Shown: one piece after another, positions 1 through 11,689 of the stretch
How the letters are laid out: each line of letters starts with the position of its first letter
Numbering within the stretch: the stretch's first letter is position 1
Source: Carcharhinus longimanus
Lineage: Eukaryota
Assembly (NCBI GenBank): GCA_030264375.1
Contig: JASCQW010000032.1
Coordinates: 60,526,314-60,587,648 of the forward strand
Direction: 5' to 3'
DNA: 61,335 nt
Translations under genes and position numbers: made by a program
The notes under the pieces: model-generated
The model's input: only the letters and a program-made list of their open reading frames with translations
Database searches by the model: none
Told to the model about the DNA's origin: nothing

Positions 1-474
1 CACCCAGGGACTTGGTTGTCCTTGTTTGTGAGTCATGAAAAGCCAGCTCGCAGGTGTTGCATTCAGTAAGGAATAAGGAAGGCAAATGGTATGTTGGCCT
101 TCATCACAACAGGAACTTGAGCTAAAAAAAATGCCTTGCCGCAGCTGAGCCTTGGTGAGACTGCACCTTGAGTATCACGTACGGTTTTGGTTTCCTTACC
201 TCTGAAAGTTTAGACTTGTCACAGAATGAGAGCAACAGATGTTCACCAGGCTAATCTGTGGGATGACAGGATTGTCTTATAAGGAAAGCTTGAGGAGACT
301 AGGCCTGTATTCTTTGGGGTTTCAAAGAAAGAGAAGCGATCTCAATGAAATGTACAAACTTCCTACAGGACTTCAAGGGTAGATGTATCTACATCTACCC
401 TTGAAGTCCTGTAGAAAGTTTAACCATTTTTCCCTCAACTCTGAGTCTAGAACTAAGGTGCACCATTGCAGAAT

Positions 475-541
475 AACTGTGATGATGAGGAATTTAAAAC
501 TGTGATGATGAGGAATTTAAAACTGTAATGATGAGGAATTT
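475..541. repeat. Tandem triplication of 23-nt unit aactgtgatgatgaggaatttaa
   Basis: Copies at 475-497, 498-520 and 521-541. Confidence 0.9.
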
Positions 542-684
542 CTTCACTCAGAGGGTGATGAATTTTTGGAATTTTCTATCCCAGAGAGCATTGGAGGCTC
601 AGCCATTGAGTATATTCAAGATAGAGATTGACAAGTTTCTAGATATTAAAGACATTAAAAAATATGGGGATAGAGTAAGAAGAT

Positions 685-1025
685 GACACAGTGGCACAGT
701 GTTTAGCACTGCTGCCTCACAGTGCCAGAGACCCAAGTTTGATTCCAGCCTTGGGTGACGGTGTAAAGTTTGTACGTTCTTCCCCTGTCTGCATGGGTTT
801 CCTCCAAAACTCTCCTGACATCCTCCCACAGTGCAATTATGTGCTGGGTAGGTGGATTAGCCATGCTAAATTGCCTCTTAGTGTCACCATGTGTACATTA
901 GGTAAAGTAGCCATGGTAAATATGTGGGGTTATGGAATGGAGGGAGGAGAGGTTAGATCTGGGTAAGATGCTCTTTTGGAGAGTCGGTACAACTCAATGG
1001 GCTAAATGGTCTCCTTCTACATGGT
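685..1025 (+). mobile_element. HE1-like tRNA-derived SINE (V-SINE type)
   Basis: Head 'cacagtggcacagtgtttagcactgctgcctcacag', core 'gggtttcctcc...ccatgctaaattgcc'. Repeated many times in the window. Confidence 0.85.
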
Positions 1026-1124
1026 AAAAATGGCATTTAACTCAATCAACCATGATCTAGTTCAATGACAAAGTAGGCTCAAGAGACCGATTTGCCTGTC
1101 CTACTCCTATTTCCTATGTTCTTC

Positions 1125-2720
1125 ATGTTGCCCTCCCTAATTGCCCTCAAGAAGGTGATGGTCAGCTGCTTTCGTGAACCGCTGCTGTGCATGTGGTGTA
1201 GGTACATCCACTGTTGTTAGGAAGGGAACTCCATGATTTTGATCCAGCGATCATGAAGAAAAAGTGTTATTACTCCAAGAAGGCATTGCTTGTGGCTTGG
1301 AAAGGAAGTTGCAGGTGGTAGTGCTCCAATACCTCTCAACCCTTGTCCTTTCAGCTGGTAGATGTCACATGTTTGGATGCAGATGAAGGAGCCTTGGTGA
1401 GTTTTTGCAGTGCATCTTGTAGATGGTGCATACTGTTGCCATTGAGTAGCAGTCATGGAGGGAATGAATGTTAAAGGTGGTGGTTGGGTTGACAATCATG
1501 CAGGCTGCTATGTCCTGGATGGTGTTGAGATTCTTAAAGTGTTGTTCAAACTGCGCTCATCCAGTGGGGTGTATTCCATTACACTCCTGACTTCATAGAA
1601 TCATAGAAACCCTACAGTGCAGAAAGAGGCCATTTGGCCCATCAATTCTGCGCCAACCACCATCCCACCAGGCCCTACCCTCATATCCCTACATATTTAC
1701 CCGCTAAGCCCTCCAATCTACGCATCTCAGGATTCTAATGGGCAATTTTTAGCATGGCCAATCAACCTAAACTGCATATCTTTCGACCTGTGACTTGTTG
1801 ATGGTGGACAGTCAAGAGGTACATTATTTACCATAGAACACACAGATTCTGACCTGCTCTTGTAGCTACAGGATTTATATGGCTAGTCCAGTTCAGCTTA
1901 TGGCCACTGATAACCCAAGGATCTTAATAGTGGGCAATTCAGCAATGATAATGCAATTGAATGTGAAGGGGAGATGTTTAGATTCTTTTTTAAAAGATGA
2001 TCATTGCTAGGCATTGTGCCGCATGAATATTTCTTGCCACTTCTCACTCCAAGTCTGGTTATTGTCCAGCTCTTTCTGCATATGGCATGGACTGCTTCAG
2101 TATCTGAGGAGTCACAAATGTTGCTGAACATTGTTTAATAATCAGCTAACATCACCATATCTAATATGATGGGAGGAATGGCATTGGTGAAACTATTAAA
2201 GATGGTTGGACCTAGGGAACCCTCAGGAAATTGCAGTAATGTCCTGGGTCTGGATGAGTGACCTCCAATAACCACAACCATCTGCCTTTGTACCAGGTAT
2301 GACTCCATGCAGTGGAGAATAACTCCAGCCCTCCAGCTGCTTTCAATTCCCATTAACATCAACGTTGCTAGAGTTCTCTGTTGCAACACTCAGTTAAATG
2401 TTGTCTTGATGTCAAGAGCCACCAGTTACTTCACCTCTGGAGTTCAGTTGTTTAAACCAAGTTTGGACCAATTCAGTAATAGGTTCAGGAGCTGAGCAGG
2501 CTTGGCAGAACCCACACTCAGCACCAGGGAGAAGGTTATTGCTGAGTTAAGTGCTACATGATAGCACAGTTAATGAGAGTGGCCAGATGGGGCTTTAACA
2601 GGATGTATTGAATTTGTTTTGCTTTTTGTGAACAAGGCATACCTGGACAATTTTCTATATCACTGGGTGGATGCCAGTATTGTAATTATGGTGGACAAGC
2701 TTGACCAGGGGCACAGCTAG
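1125..2720 (-). mobile_element. Decayed LINE (CR1/L2-group RT and 3' UTR), with a SINE tail nested at ~1593-1785
   Basis: Minus-strand RT remnants ('SYLVQRQMVVVIGG', 'LGPTIFNSFTN'). The same 3' end recurs at 18590-19190. Confidence 0.75.
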
Positions 2721-3211
2721 TTCTGGAGTTATATTGCAACAGTAATTTTACAATAGTTTGTTATAACCATAGAGTAGGCAGGCTTATATCAGGGGTTTAA
2801 GTAACCAATCTCACAACTGCTGTGCCCCACACCACTTTAGCAGCTGAAATTCTCCCCAAAGTACTTGTATTGCTTTGGTTGAAGTTTCTTTGGAACATCC
2901 TGATATTGTTGTGAAAGTTACTGTATCAATGCAAGTCTTTTATTTAAATTACTAATCACAGATACAAACCTTTTGTTACAAATAGTTTCTGGACTTATTT
3001 TTTCAGTGGTGCTGTGGTGAAAATGATAGTTAAATCAAATGCTTTTCTGCTCCAAATTTTTGTAACATTTTTGAAAAGCTGTAAAGATCATAAAAGATCC
3101 TGGTGGAACTTCCTCAGGAAGGGTGGGTTTGGGAATTAAAATCTCCTAAAGGGAGTTTAAACTGTCTTCCCACTCTCTTCTGGGTTTCATTGAGGGGAGT
3201 TATCATTGAGT

Positions 3212-3546
3212 AGAATCATAGAATCCCTATAGTACAAAAAGAGGCTATTCAACCCATCGAGCCTGCAGCAACAACAATCCCATTGAGGCCCCTATCCCCG
3301 CAAATTATAGGTTTTGATGTATTTACCCTGCTAATCCCCTTAACACTAAGGGGCAATTTAGCATGGCCAATCCACCTAACCCACATATCTTTGGACTTTG
3401 GGAAGTAACCAGAGCACCAGGAGGAAACCCACATAGACACAGGGAAAACATGCAAACTCCACACAGATAGTCATCCAAGGCTGTAATTGAACCTACATCC
3501 CTGGCATTGTGAGACAGCAGTGTTAACCACTGTGCCAGCGTGCCAC
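3212..3546 (-). mobile_element. HE1-like SINE
   Basis: Reverse complement of the SINE head and core, with an (attctatg)-type tail. Confidence 0.85.
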
Positions 3547-5342
3547 TAATAATACGTTCAGTGAGTCGAAATTCCCTTTGATTTGGTGCCAAAAAAACAT
3601 TTAAGATCTTAAAATTAATTAAGTCCTGTTTTAGGCCTCAATTTTAGACAGCTAAGTTATCTGTTTCCTAGTTGTTAGCAAGTGTCATTTTCAGTGCGGT
3701 GTGTTCTTATAAGCCTTTTCTCCTGTGCAATTGTTTTACTGGTGCATTGTTGAGGTTTCTGAGCATGTGCGGATTTGGAATGCAGTCTGTAAGAGAGTAT
3801 TCTGCAAACAAAACCTGCTTTATTAGAGCTCAAGTTTTCATAGTTACTGTTCTTGTTAATTTCATTATTTATTTATATAAAGATCATCATTCTTTAAACA
3901 ATGCATCTGACTACCTTGTTCGTGATCTCAAGTCACAAAGAGAAAATGGCTAGAAAACGTTTTTCAATGTTCAGCATGGCAACACAAGTTTACATCGACG
4001 GAATTTCAAGTTAGCAGGTCAGGTCTGTCGGAGAGTCTGATGAGAGAAATGAAGACTGGGCTGAATACACAGAGAGTGTGCAGTGTTTCTATTTAGCAAA
4101 TAGAATAGATGAGGCAAAGTAGCACTCGATTTTCCTGAGTGTCTGTGGGGCAAAGACACATGAGGCTGGCCATACCATGGAAACCAGGAGATTTCATTTG
4201 CAGATTTAGGTGCTCTGGTCCAAAATCACCATAATCTGAAGTCCTGGGTGATTGTTCAAAGAGTCAAATTTCATAGCCATTTTCAAAAAGCAGATCAATC
4301 AGTGGTTAACTTTATGGTAGAATTATGCCAGCTTTCAGAACATTGATTTCAGAGCAATTTTAGAAGATATGCTCAGAGACAGGTTGGTCTGCGCCATTAA
4401 TGAAAACAACACTCAGCACCGGCTGTTGGGGGAAGATACACTGACTTTTAAGAAAGCTCTGGAAATTTCTCAGGGCATGGAAATGGATGCCTGTAATACT
4501 AGCGATATTAGCAGTTAAAAGGCAGTGCCTAGGTGGGTGCTGCATTAAACACAGAAAGAACCTGCAAACAGGAAGGTAAAGCAGTGGCGTGTTTTAGGTG
4601 TGGCCACACCATGCCAATCAGAGCAAGTTTATAGTTGCTGTTTGTCACAAATACAGCAAGAAAGTGTAGTTAGCAAAAAAAGTGCAGGGGTGTGAAAAGA
4701 AAGGTAAGGGCCAGGCTATAAAATTTTAATTCAAAAAAGTCTCAATCAGCTACATATCATGTCAAAATCTCAGAGCAGGCTGATGTGTAAGTTTGTGACA
4801 TGTTCAATAGCAATTAGGAAGAAGCAGTGCCTATTGCCACAGTTATAGTCGACAATAAATAGATCAAGATGGAGGTTGACACAGGCGCCTCCACACCTCC
4901 AAGTTAACATGGGACTCTAACCAAGCCACCAGCCCTCACTCCAGCAGGGATTAATCTCAGAGTCCATACCTTTGGGACATTGGAAGTTCATATAATAACC
5001 AAGAGCAATAGCATGCCTCCTTATAGTCAAAGAGGTTGAGTTTGCTAGAGTGTGACTGGCTTAGCAAAATTCTGTTGCTCTGAAGTGAGATCAAACAGAA
5101 GCATTTGGACATATTCAAGGATGAACTGGGTATATTGTAAAGTTGTATGTAAATTCTCAGGTTATTCCTCACTTTTTCATGTCCAGAACAGTGCCTTATG
5201 CCATGAGAAGGAAAGGGGAGGAGTTGGAACAGTTGCAAAGGCTTGGGATTCATTGAAACTATTCAGTTTTCTCATTTGGCAGCTTTAATCATTCTCTAAT
5301 CATTCCAGTCCTTAAAAATTATGACTTGGTGTTTATGTGGTG

Positions 5343-6417
5343 AAGTACTTGGGATTTCAAGATAGAAAGCTGGTTAGCAGATAGGAAGCAAAGAGTTGGC
5401 ATGAATGGGTCTTTTTCTGATTGGCAGTCAGTGACTAGTGAGGTTCCGCAAGGATCTGTACCAGGGCCCCAACTATTTACATTATATATTAATGATCTGG
5501 AAGAGCGAACTGCAGATGATACAAAGTTGAATGGGAGGTGAGCTGCAAAAAGGATGCTGAGATGCTTCAGTATGATCTAGACAGGCTAAGTGTGTGGGCA
5601 TCTACATGGCAGACACAGTATAATGTGGATAAATGTGAAGTTAATCACTTTGATAGCACTAACAGGAAGACAGATTATTACTTGAAATTGGTGTAAATTG
5701 AGAAAGGTGGATACTCAGCGAGACCTTGATGTCCTTGTGCATCAGTCGCTGAAAGTGAGCACGCAGGTACAGCTGGCAGTAAAGAAGGCGAATGGTATGT
5801 TGGCCTTCATATTGAGAGGATTTGAATATAGAGGTAGGGATATTTTGCTGCAATCGCATAGCAAATCAGTGAGGCCACACCTGGAGTATTGTGTGTAGTT
5901 TCGCTGTCCTTCTACGAAGAAGGATGTCCTTGTGAGAGAGAGTACAATGAAGGTTTACCAGGCTGATTGCTGGGATGGCAGGCCTGTCATACAAGGAGAC
6001 ACTTAGTTGGTTAAGATTATATTCGCTGAAATTTAGAAGAGAGGGGATCTCATAGAAATTTATAAAATTCGAACAGGGTTAGACAGGTAGATTCAGAATG
6101 TTCCCAATGATGGAGGAGTCCAGAACTAGGGGTTATTGTTTGATGATAAGGGGTAAGCCTTTTAGAACTGAAATGAGGAGAAATGTCTTCATCCAGTGAG
6201 TGGTGCATATATGGAATTCACTACCACCAAATGTAGTTGAGGCCAAAATGTTGTCAGATTTCAAGAATTAGATATAGCTCTAGGGGCTAAAGGGATCAAG
6301 GGATGTAGGGAGAAGGCAGGATCAGGATATTGAATTTGACGATCAACCACGATCAAAATGAATGGCAGAGCAGGACCGAAGAGCCGAATGGCTTATTCCT
6401 GTTTTTAAGTTTCTATG
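5343..6417 (+). mobile_element. 5'-truncated CR1-type LINE nested in the Gypsy RT
   Basis: 'QRDLDVLVHQSLK...KKANGMLAFILRGFEYR...VRPHLEYCV' plus CR1 3' UTR. Splits the Gypsy motif CG-D|YKL. Confidence 0.9.
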
Positions 6418-6681
6418 ACTATAAGCTCACCATTAACCAGGTTTCCAACTTAAATGCTCATCCATCACCCAAGATGGAAGATTTGTTTTCAACTCTTCCG
6501 GGAGGCAAGAAATTTTCAAAACTGGATACAAGCCAGGCATATCAACCACTTTTGCTAGAGGAAGATGCAAAGCAGTACATGACCATCATTACACATAAAG
6601 TGCTGTTCAAGCTTGATTTCTGATATATCCTCCAGTCTGGCAATCTTTCAAAGGATTGCCTATTGCAAGGCATTCCTCAGC

Positions 6682-6971
6682 ATGGGTCACACAGTGATTA
6701 AGACTGCTGTCTCACAGATTGATTCCTGGTTGGGTTACTGTCTGTGCGGAGTCTACACGTTCTCCCCATGTCTGTGTGGATTTCCTCCGGATGCTCTGGT
6801 TTCCTCCCAAAGTCCAAAAGACATGTTGGTTAGGTGCATTGGCCATACTAAATTCTCCCTCCTTGCTCCTAAACAGATATTGGAGTATGGCAACTAGGAC
6901 ATTTTCACGGCAACTTTATTGCAGTGTTAATGTAAGCCTATTTGCAACACTAATAAATACACTTCAACTTT
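6682..6971 (+). mobile_element. HE1-like SINE, second tail type, nested in the Gypsy RT
   Basis: SINE core followed by the tail 'attttcacggcaactttattgcagtgttaatgtaagcc...taataaata'. Confidence 0.85.
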
Positions 6972-8051
6972 AGGTTGCAGTCTACTTGGATGACATCTTA
7001 ATTACAGGAAAGACTGAGGAGCACTTGGATCAAGTTTTTAGAAAGTTTTCAGGGGAGGGATTGCGACTCAAGAGGAGCAAATCCATTTTCCAGGCATAAA
7101 GTGTAGCATATCTAGGCCACAGAATCACTGCACAAGGCATATCTCCTGTGGAAGAGAAAGTTTGAAAGAAGCTTTGGAGGTCAAGAATGTGTCAGAGCTC
7201 AGGTTATCTTTGGGCTTAATGAACTAGTATGGAAAATTTTGTCAGACCTGTCTACTCTGTTGGCTCCACGATACCAACCTCTGCACAAAGAAAGTAAATG
7301 GAAGTGGGGAGTCTATAAAGAAGGTTTTCAAGAACATGGAAGCGCCGCTGTAATTGGGTAATCTGCTAGTCCATTTTGATCCATACAACTTGTCTGTCTT
7401 GCAATGCCTTGCCCTACGGTGTGGGGACGGTATTCTCTCAATTATTGGAGGACAGGTAAAAAGCATCCAGCGATTTTCAACTTCGGATGCTGATAAAAGC
7501 TGAAAGCGAATAGTCACAGTTAGACAATGAGTGTCTAGCTATCGTTTTTTGTAGTGGAAGTATTACATCAGTACCTCCTTGGTCATTTACTCACTATATG
7601 TACTGACCACAAGTCTTTTCAGTGAGTTGAAATGATTCCTCTGGTGGCCTCAGCAATAATACAGCACTGGGTGTTTACACTGCCAGTTATCAGTACAACA
7701 ATTGTGCACAGAACAGGGAAAGACAACACAAATGCATACACGTTGAGTCATCGCCCTTTACCAGATTTGCCATACAAGGTATTGTATCCTCTGGAGAAAG
7801 TTTTATGAGAATTTTGCACATTCTCCAGTAAGTGGGAAGAAATTTAAGCAATTGAGGTCATTTTCTGTCACAAGTTGAAAGATTTCTGATTCAAGGATGG
7901 CCAACTATCATTGAAGGTGTGAAGCATAGAGATGAGTTAAGTGTACAAGATGGATGCATGGAGTGAGGCTCAAGAATGGTCTCTTGGCCATTCACTAGTC
8001 ACGCATACAATTCATGAGGCTCATCCAGATGTGTATGGAATGAAAAGACTA

Positions 8052-8088
8052 GCTTCTCGGCCTTTTGGTTCAGATCAAGTGTAGTATC
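8052..8088 (+). pseudogene. U2 snRNA 5' fragment (about nt 4-40, including the branch-point recognition sequence GTAGTA)
   Basis: gcttctcggccttttggttcagatcaagtgtagtatc matches the recalled vertebrate U2 5' end at 35/37 positions. Confidence 0.9.
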
Positions 8089-8326
8089 GACATGCTGTAC
8101 TTGGTTGAAGTCATTAGGTTACATTTTCATTTCAAATAATTTTTTATAGCGGCATCTCGGTCTTTTGGCTAAGATGCAAATGAGATCAAGCCTTGTAGGA
8201 GAATCTATCGTGTAGATCAAGCCCAAGACAGGAGGTGAGAGCTCTGTCTTGTCAGCTTGAATCTGGAATGTCAACTTGTTGACACTCTGAATTGGATTTG
8301 ATTGGATTGAATTGGAATTAAAAAAA
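8052..8326 (+). mobile_element. Composite U2-headed retroposed element (candidate U2-derived SINE)
   Basis: Two U2 heads (8052-8088, 8152-8175), hairpins, (ATTGG/ATTGA)n tail + A7, flanked by aaaagactagct (8043-8054) and aaaagtcttgct (8323-8334). Confidence 0.7.
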
Positions 8327-8977
8327 GTCTTGCTGGGTCATACGTATAGTGGCCTCGATCTGGACTTGAAGGTAAAGTCCTGTTCCACTTCACATAAAGC
8401 AGAAGTTGGTACTATTTCTTCCTTGGGAGTGGCTAGATTGTCTGGACTGCACATGGACTTTGTAGTACCTTCCATGAACCACATGTTGAGTGTTGTAGAC
8501 ATGCATTCAAAATGGTTGGAAGGACATGAATATTACAGCTTCTGTGACAATTGAGAAGCAACGTCAATTTTTTTTTTAAAACAGTTCATGGTCTACCACA
8601 TTAGCTTGTTTCGAATAACAGTACTAGGTTTACAAATTATTAAAAGAATTCATGCAAAAGACCAGGATACATCTCAGTACATGCGTACTGAGCCATTTCA
8701 GCTGGCTTCAAATGGTCTAGCAGAGAGAACTGCTCAAACGCTAAAGGGGTTATTGAAGAGCGCCTTTGATGCTCCATCACCAGGCAAAATTTCATTCATG
8801 GCAGGGAATTGCAAAAATGGCACCATAGGCTTCTAGTGCCTTACCCAATGCTTAATACTAATGTACCTCAGCATGTAGAGGTGCTGTCTGGAAAGGGCAA
8901 ATTTAAAGAGAAATAAAACAAAAAACACTGGTAGACTTATACCATGGAGTCAAATAGAAAGTCTGATAATGAATGGC

Positions 8978-9185
8978 AATTGATTGTTACATGTATTAGT
9001 ATACAGTGAAAAGTTTTTTTTTTGTGCACTATACAAAGCATACCAGACATAGAAAAGAATATAGTGTTCCAGTCGTAGCTAGGGTGTAGAGAAAGACCTC
9101 TACTTAATATGAGATAGGTCCATTCAGAAGTCTGGAAAGAAACTGTTCTTAAGTCAGCTGGTATATGTCCTCAGGCTTTTCTAAG
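8978..9185 (-). mobile_element. LINE 3' end fragment (Rex1/Babar-like; family uncertain)
   Basis: Same sequence family as 31742-32052 ('acatgtatt..tacagtgaaaagt'). Confidence 0.6.
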
Positions 9186-9949
9186 AGGAGATTGAATTAC
9201 AGCATTGTTAGAGTGGTTTAAAAGAGTTAGAAAAAAGTTTTAGAAGCATAGAACAAGAGTAAAAGATGGAATTAGAGGGTAAGCTGGGCACAGCTTACAA
9301 GAAGTCGCCTCGCTCTGGCACCATCTTGCGAACATTAGTCTTTGTACCATTACAAGCATTATTAATGAAATCAAATAGTAAGCCAGGAAACAAAACTCTA
9401 CACTTGCATGGTATAAATTTTTATTGTGAAAAATATGACAACTCCTTTTTAAAGTGATAACAGAGTTCCTCGCAATTTCCATAACCACTGCGATATTATT
9501 CTATGGCTATTACAGAATCCTTATCTCTTTTTGCATACTGGTAAACTAAAATTAAAATCTATTACTAAAACTGTTGAAGCACTTGATGGTTAATATTTCA
9601 CTCAACGCAAATACATACAAAATGCTTCAATATCGGTACCCTACACTTATTCTACTTTACTTGATGAAATAAAGTCCTGGCATCGTAAACAATTACATCA
9701 AATAGTCCATTATGAAGTTCAGTGCTTCATGCAGCAAAATCCTGGACGATGGACATAACTTGGTAAAATTAACGTGAAAAGTTGCAGACATTGAAGTGAG
9801 CATGGGTAGAAAGCGCACTGCAGAATTCTGTAGAGAGCTATTTGATCCAAACTTAAAATAAATAAATGTGCAGCATTAACATGTGATTCTATTTTAAACC
9901 TGAAATCACATCAATTTTAACTTTAAATTTTGGTAATGGTCACAATGCA

Positions 9950-11492
9950 GATGAAATGTACAAATAAAGTGAGATTTATTTAGGGATATAATTTATGTAG
10001 AGAATATACAAGCATGTTTGAACTCATTCCACAATCCAATGCAATTAGAAAGCTTTTCTGCTTAAATTTTGTCACTTGACCTTATTTTTCTATAAATACC
10101 GTCCACTACCATTAAAAACTATCAAGAGTTGCACTGTGTAACTAGAAGTGTTTGTCCCCCAAATAAAATGTGTTTCCTTCCCCACAGGACTGGTGCAGTC
10201 AGCTTTACTGAAGTAAATATTTTATTGGAATATTCAGTATATATTTAAATCAGAATAAATTAGTTGAAGATACTTATGAAGCCAAATGATTTTACCCAGC
10301 TGACAGCTGAATGTCTTGGTTCATAAAAGACAGAAGGTCCCATTAAAACAAAATAGACAGAACAATTTGCATCATCATTTTAACAAATTTCTTAAAATAG
10401 TTTTTATTTAACATTAAGCTGCTGCAAGATTGTCCTCCCTACAAAACAAAATTTTATATCCTAAATAAAACAAACAATAGCATTCTTAAATGTTTCAAAA
10501 CAACCTGAAAACACAGATCAGCCAAGATATGCTGCTATTGTAGCAATCCCTGCTACAATAGTTAATACAGTAAAAAGTCTGCAGAGCTCACCATATTTTG
10601 AAATATCAATTAATAGTATATTGCTTCAGTAGCATGACACATTTGTGCATATATATGTCAACAGAAGCAGCTTCATGCATCTGCAAAAATCCTATTTCTA
10701 TTGCTACAAGCAGGATTCTAAAGTGGGGATGAGCCAATAGTTCAGATGTTACATTCCCTGTAAGGCAGAACCATAAAATATTATCNNNNNNNNNNNNNNN
10801 NNNNNNNNNNNNNNNNNNNNNNNNNNNNNNNNNNNNNNNNNNNNNNNNNNNNNNNNNNNNNNNNNNNNNNNNNNNNNNNNNNNNNCCATAAAATATTATC
10901 CTTGTATAAAATATACTTTAAAAATCAGGAATACTAACGTTGCACTTCATTCAAATATTGCTGAATCGTCTAAACTTTAATGATTTATAAATATAGGCAT
11001 GCAAGCTGATAATTGAGAAAAAACGGCACAATTGCAATTTTAAGATACTTAAAAATAGAGCTAGTTAAATAATTGCAGGACACTGTCCAATGACTATCTT
11101 AAACGGAGTATAAAATCTGAAACGTTTGCTCATCCAGATTAAAACTAACAGAGCAATGTAATTATATACCTGTTTGGCAGTACACATCTATAAAAACGTT
11201 CCAAAATCTTTCCCTGGGAATAAAATGAATGTTCTCCATGTACTAAGATTGACTCCAGAGTTTCATATAGATGTATGGTCTTGCAAGTGTATTCCCCACA
11301 CAATAATGCTCTAACAGGACATTTTAAACCACTAGCAATCACAGATTGCATTTCATATAGCAGAGTGAAACAAAAACTGCAGTTTCTGCAATTTTACAGC
11401 CAGAAACCTTATTTACAGCTTTTTACATTCATTTGGCATATCATCCTCATTTCCAATTGTCTAATTGAAATCTTCAAATTTCCACAAGTACT
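9950..11492 (-). other. INSIG2: Putative INSIG2 3' UTR (end uncertain; candidate AATAAA at 10408-10403, 10226-10221, 9980-9975)
   Basis: TE-free AT-rich sequence downstream of the stop codon with several minus-strand AATAAA. Interrupted by a 100-N gap. Confidence 0.6.
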
Positions 11493-11534
11493 TCAATCTT
11501 GATGAGGTTTCTCTGGAATAACTTTACACTCATA
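11493..11534 (-). CDS. INSIG2: INSIG2 last coding exon: YECKVIPEKPHQD*
   Basis: Acceptor ctgattgcag|TAT, INSIG2-type YECKVI tail, TGA at 11495-11493. Total CDS is 684 nt = 227 aa + stop. Confidence 0.95.
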   Translation of the reverse strand, partial: YECKVIPEKPHQD

Positions 11535-11689
11535 CTGCAATCAGAAAGAAAATAAGGTGGTCATTGTTCATAGGTTGTAGGACATCCAAAGAATATGAAT
11601 TACAAACATTGCCTTGTTTCTTCACTTGTAAAATCATCCCTAAAGTCAACTGGAATATTGAAGCACAGAACAAGAAAATGAATGCAAAA

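Larger units (their letters stand above)
1..1120 (+). mobile_element. Decayed CR1-type LINE 3' region, interrupted by a SINE at ~685-1025
   Basis: Remnants of 'KANGMLAFI' and 'RNFFTQRV', plus the shark CR1 3' UTR 'ccatgatctagttcaatg'. Confidence 0.8.
3940..8830 (+). mobile_element. Decayed Ty3/Gypsy LTR retrotransposon (gag-PR-RT-RH-IN) with three nested insertions
   Basis: gag 'LEDMLRDRLVC' (~4360), protease 'KMEVDTGAS' (~4866), RT 'DYKLTINQ...KKFSKLD' (6417-) and 'VAVYLDDILITG' (~6974), RNase H (~7500-7620), integrase 'HEAHP', 'HSKWLE', 'SNGLAER'. Many stops and frameshifts. Confidence 0.9.

Noticed and set aside
475-541. 23-nt repeats (and the 19-nt array at 46218-46356) as CRISPR-like
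   Set aside because: Contiguous tandem units without spacers, in a vertebrate genome.
8052-8088. Functional U2 snRNA gene
   Set aside because: Only ~37 nt of U2; no Sm site, 3' stem-loops or recognisable snRNA promoter; embedded in a Gypsy relic.
3940-8830. Domesticated or active Gypsy gene (also 38690-41640, 43860-45935)
   Set aside because: Numerous stops, frameshifts, deletions and nested insertions.
10771-10900. ccataaaatattatc repeated on both sides of the gap (likewise acacatggactcgtaa around 20439-20538)
   Set aside because: Identical contig-end overlap at a 100-N placeholder gap, an assembly artefact rather than a TSD.
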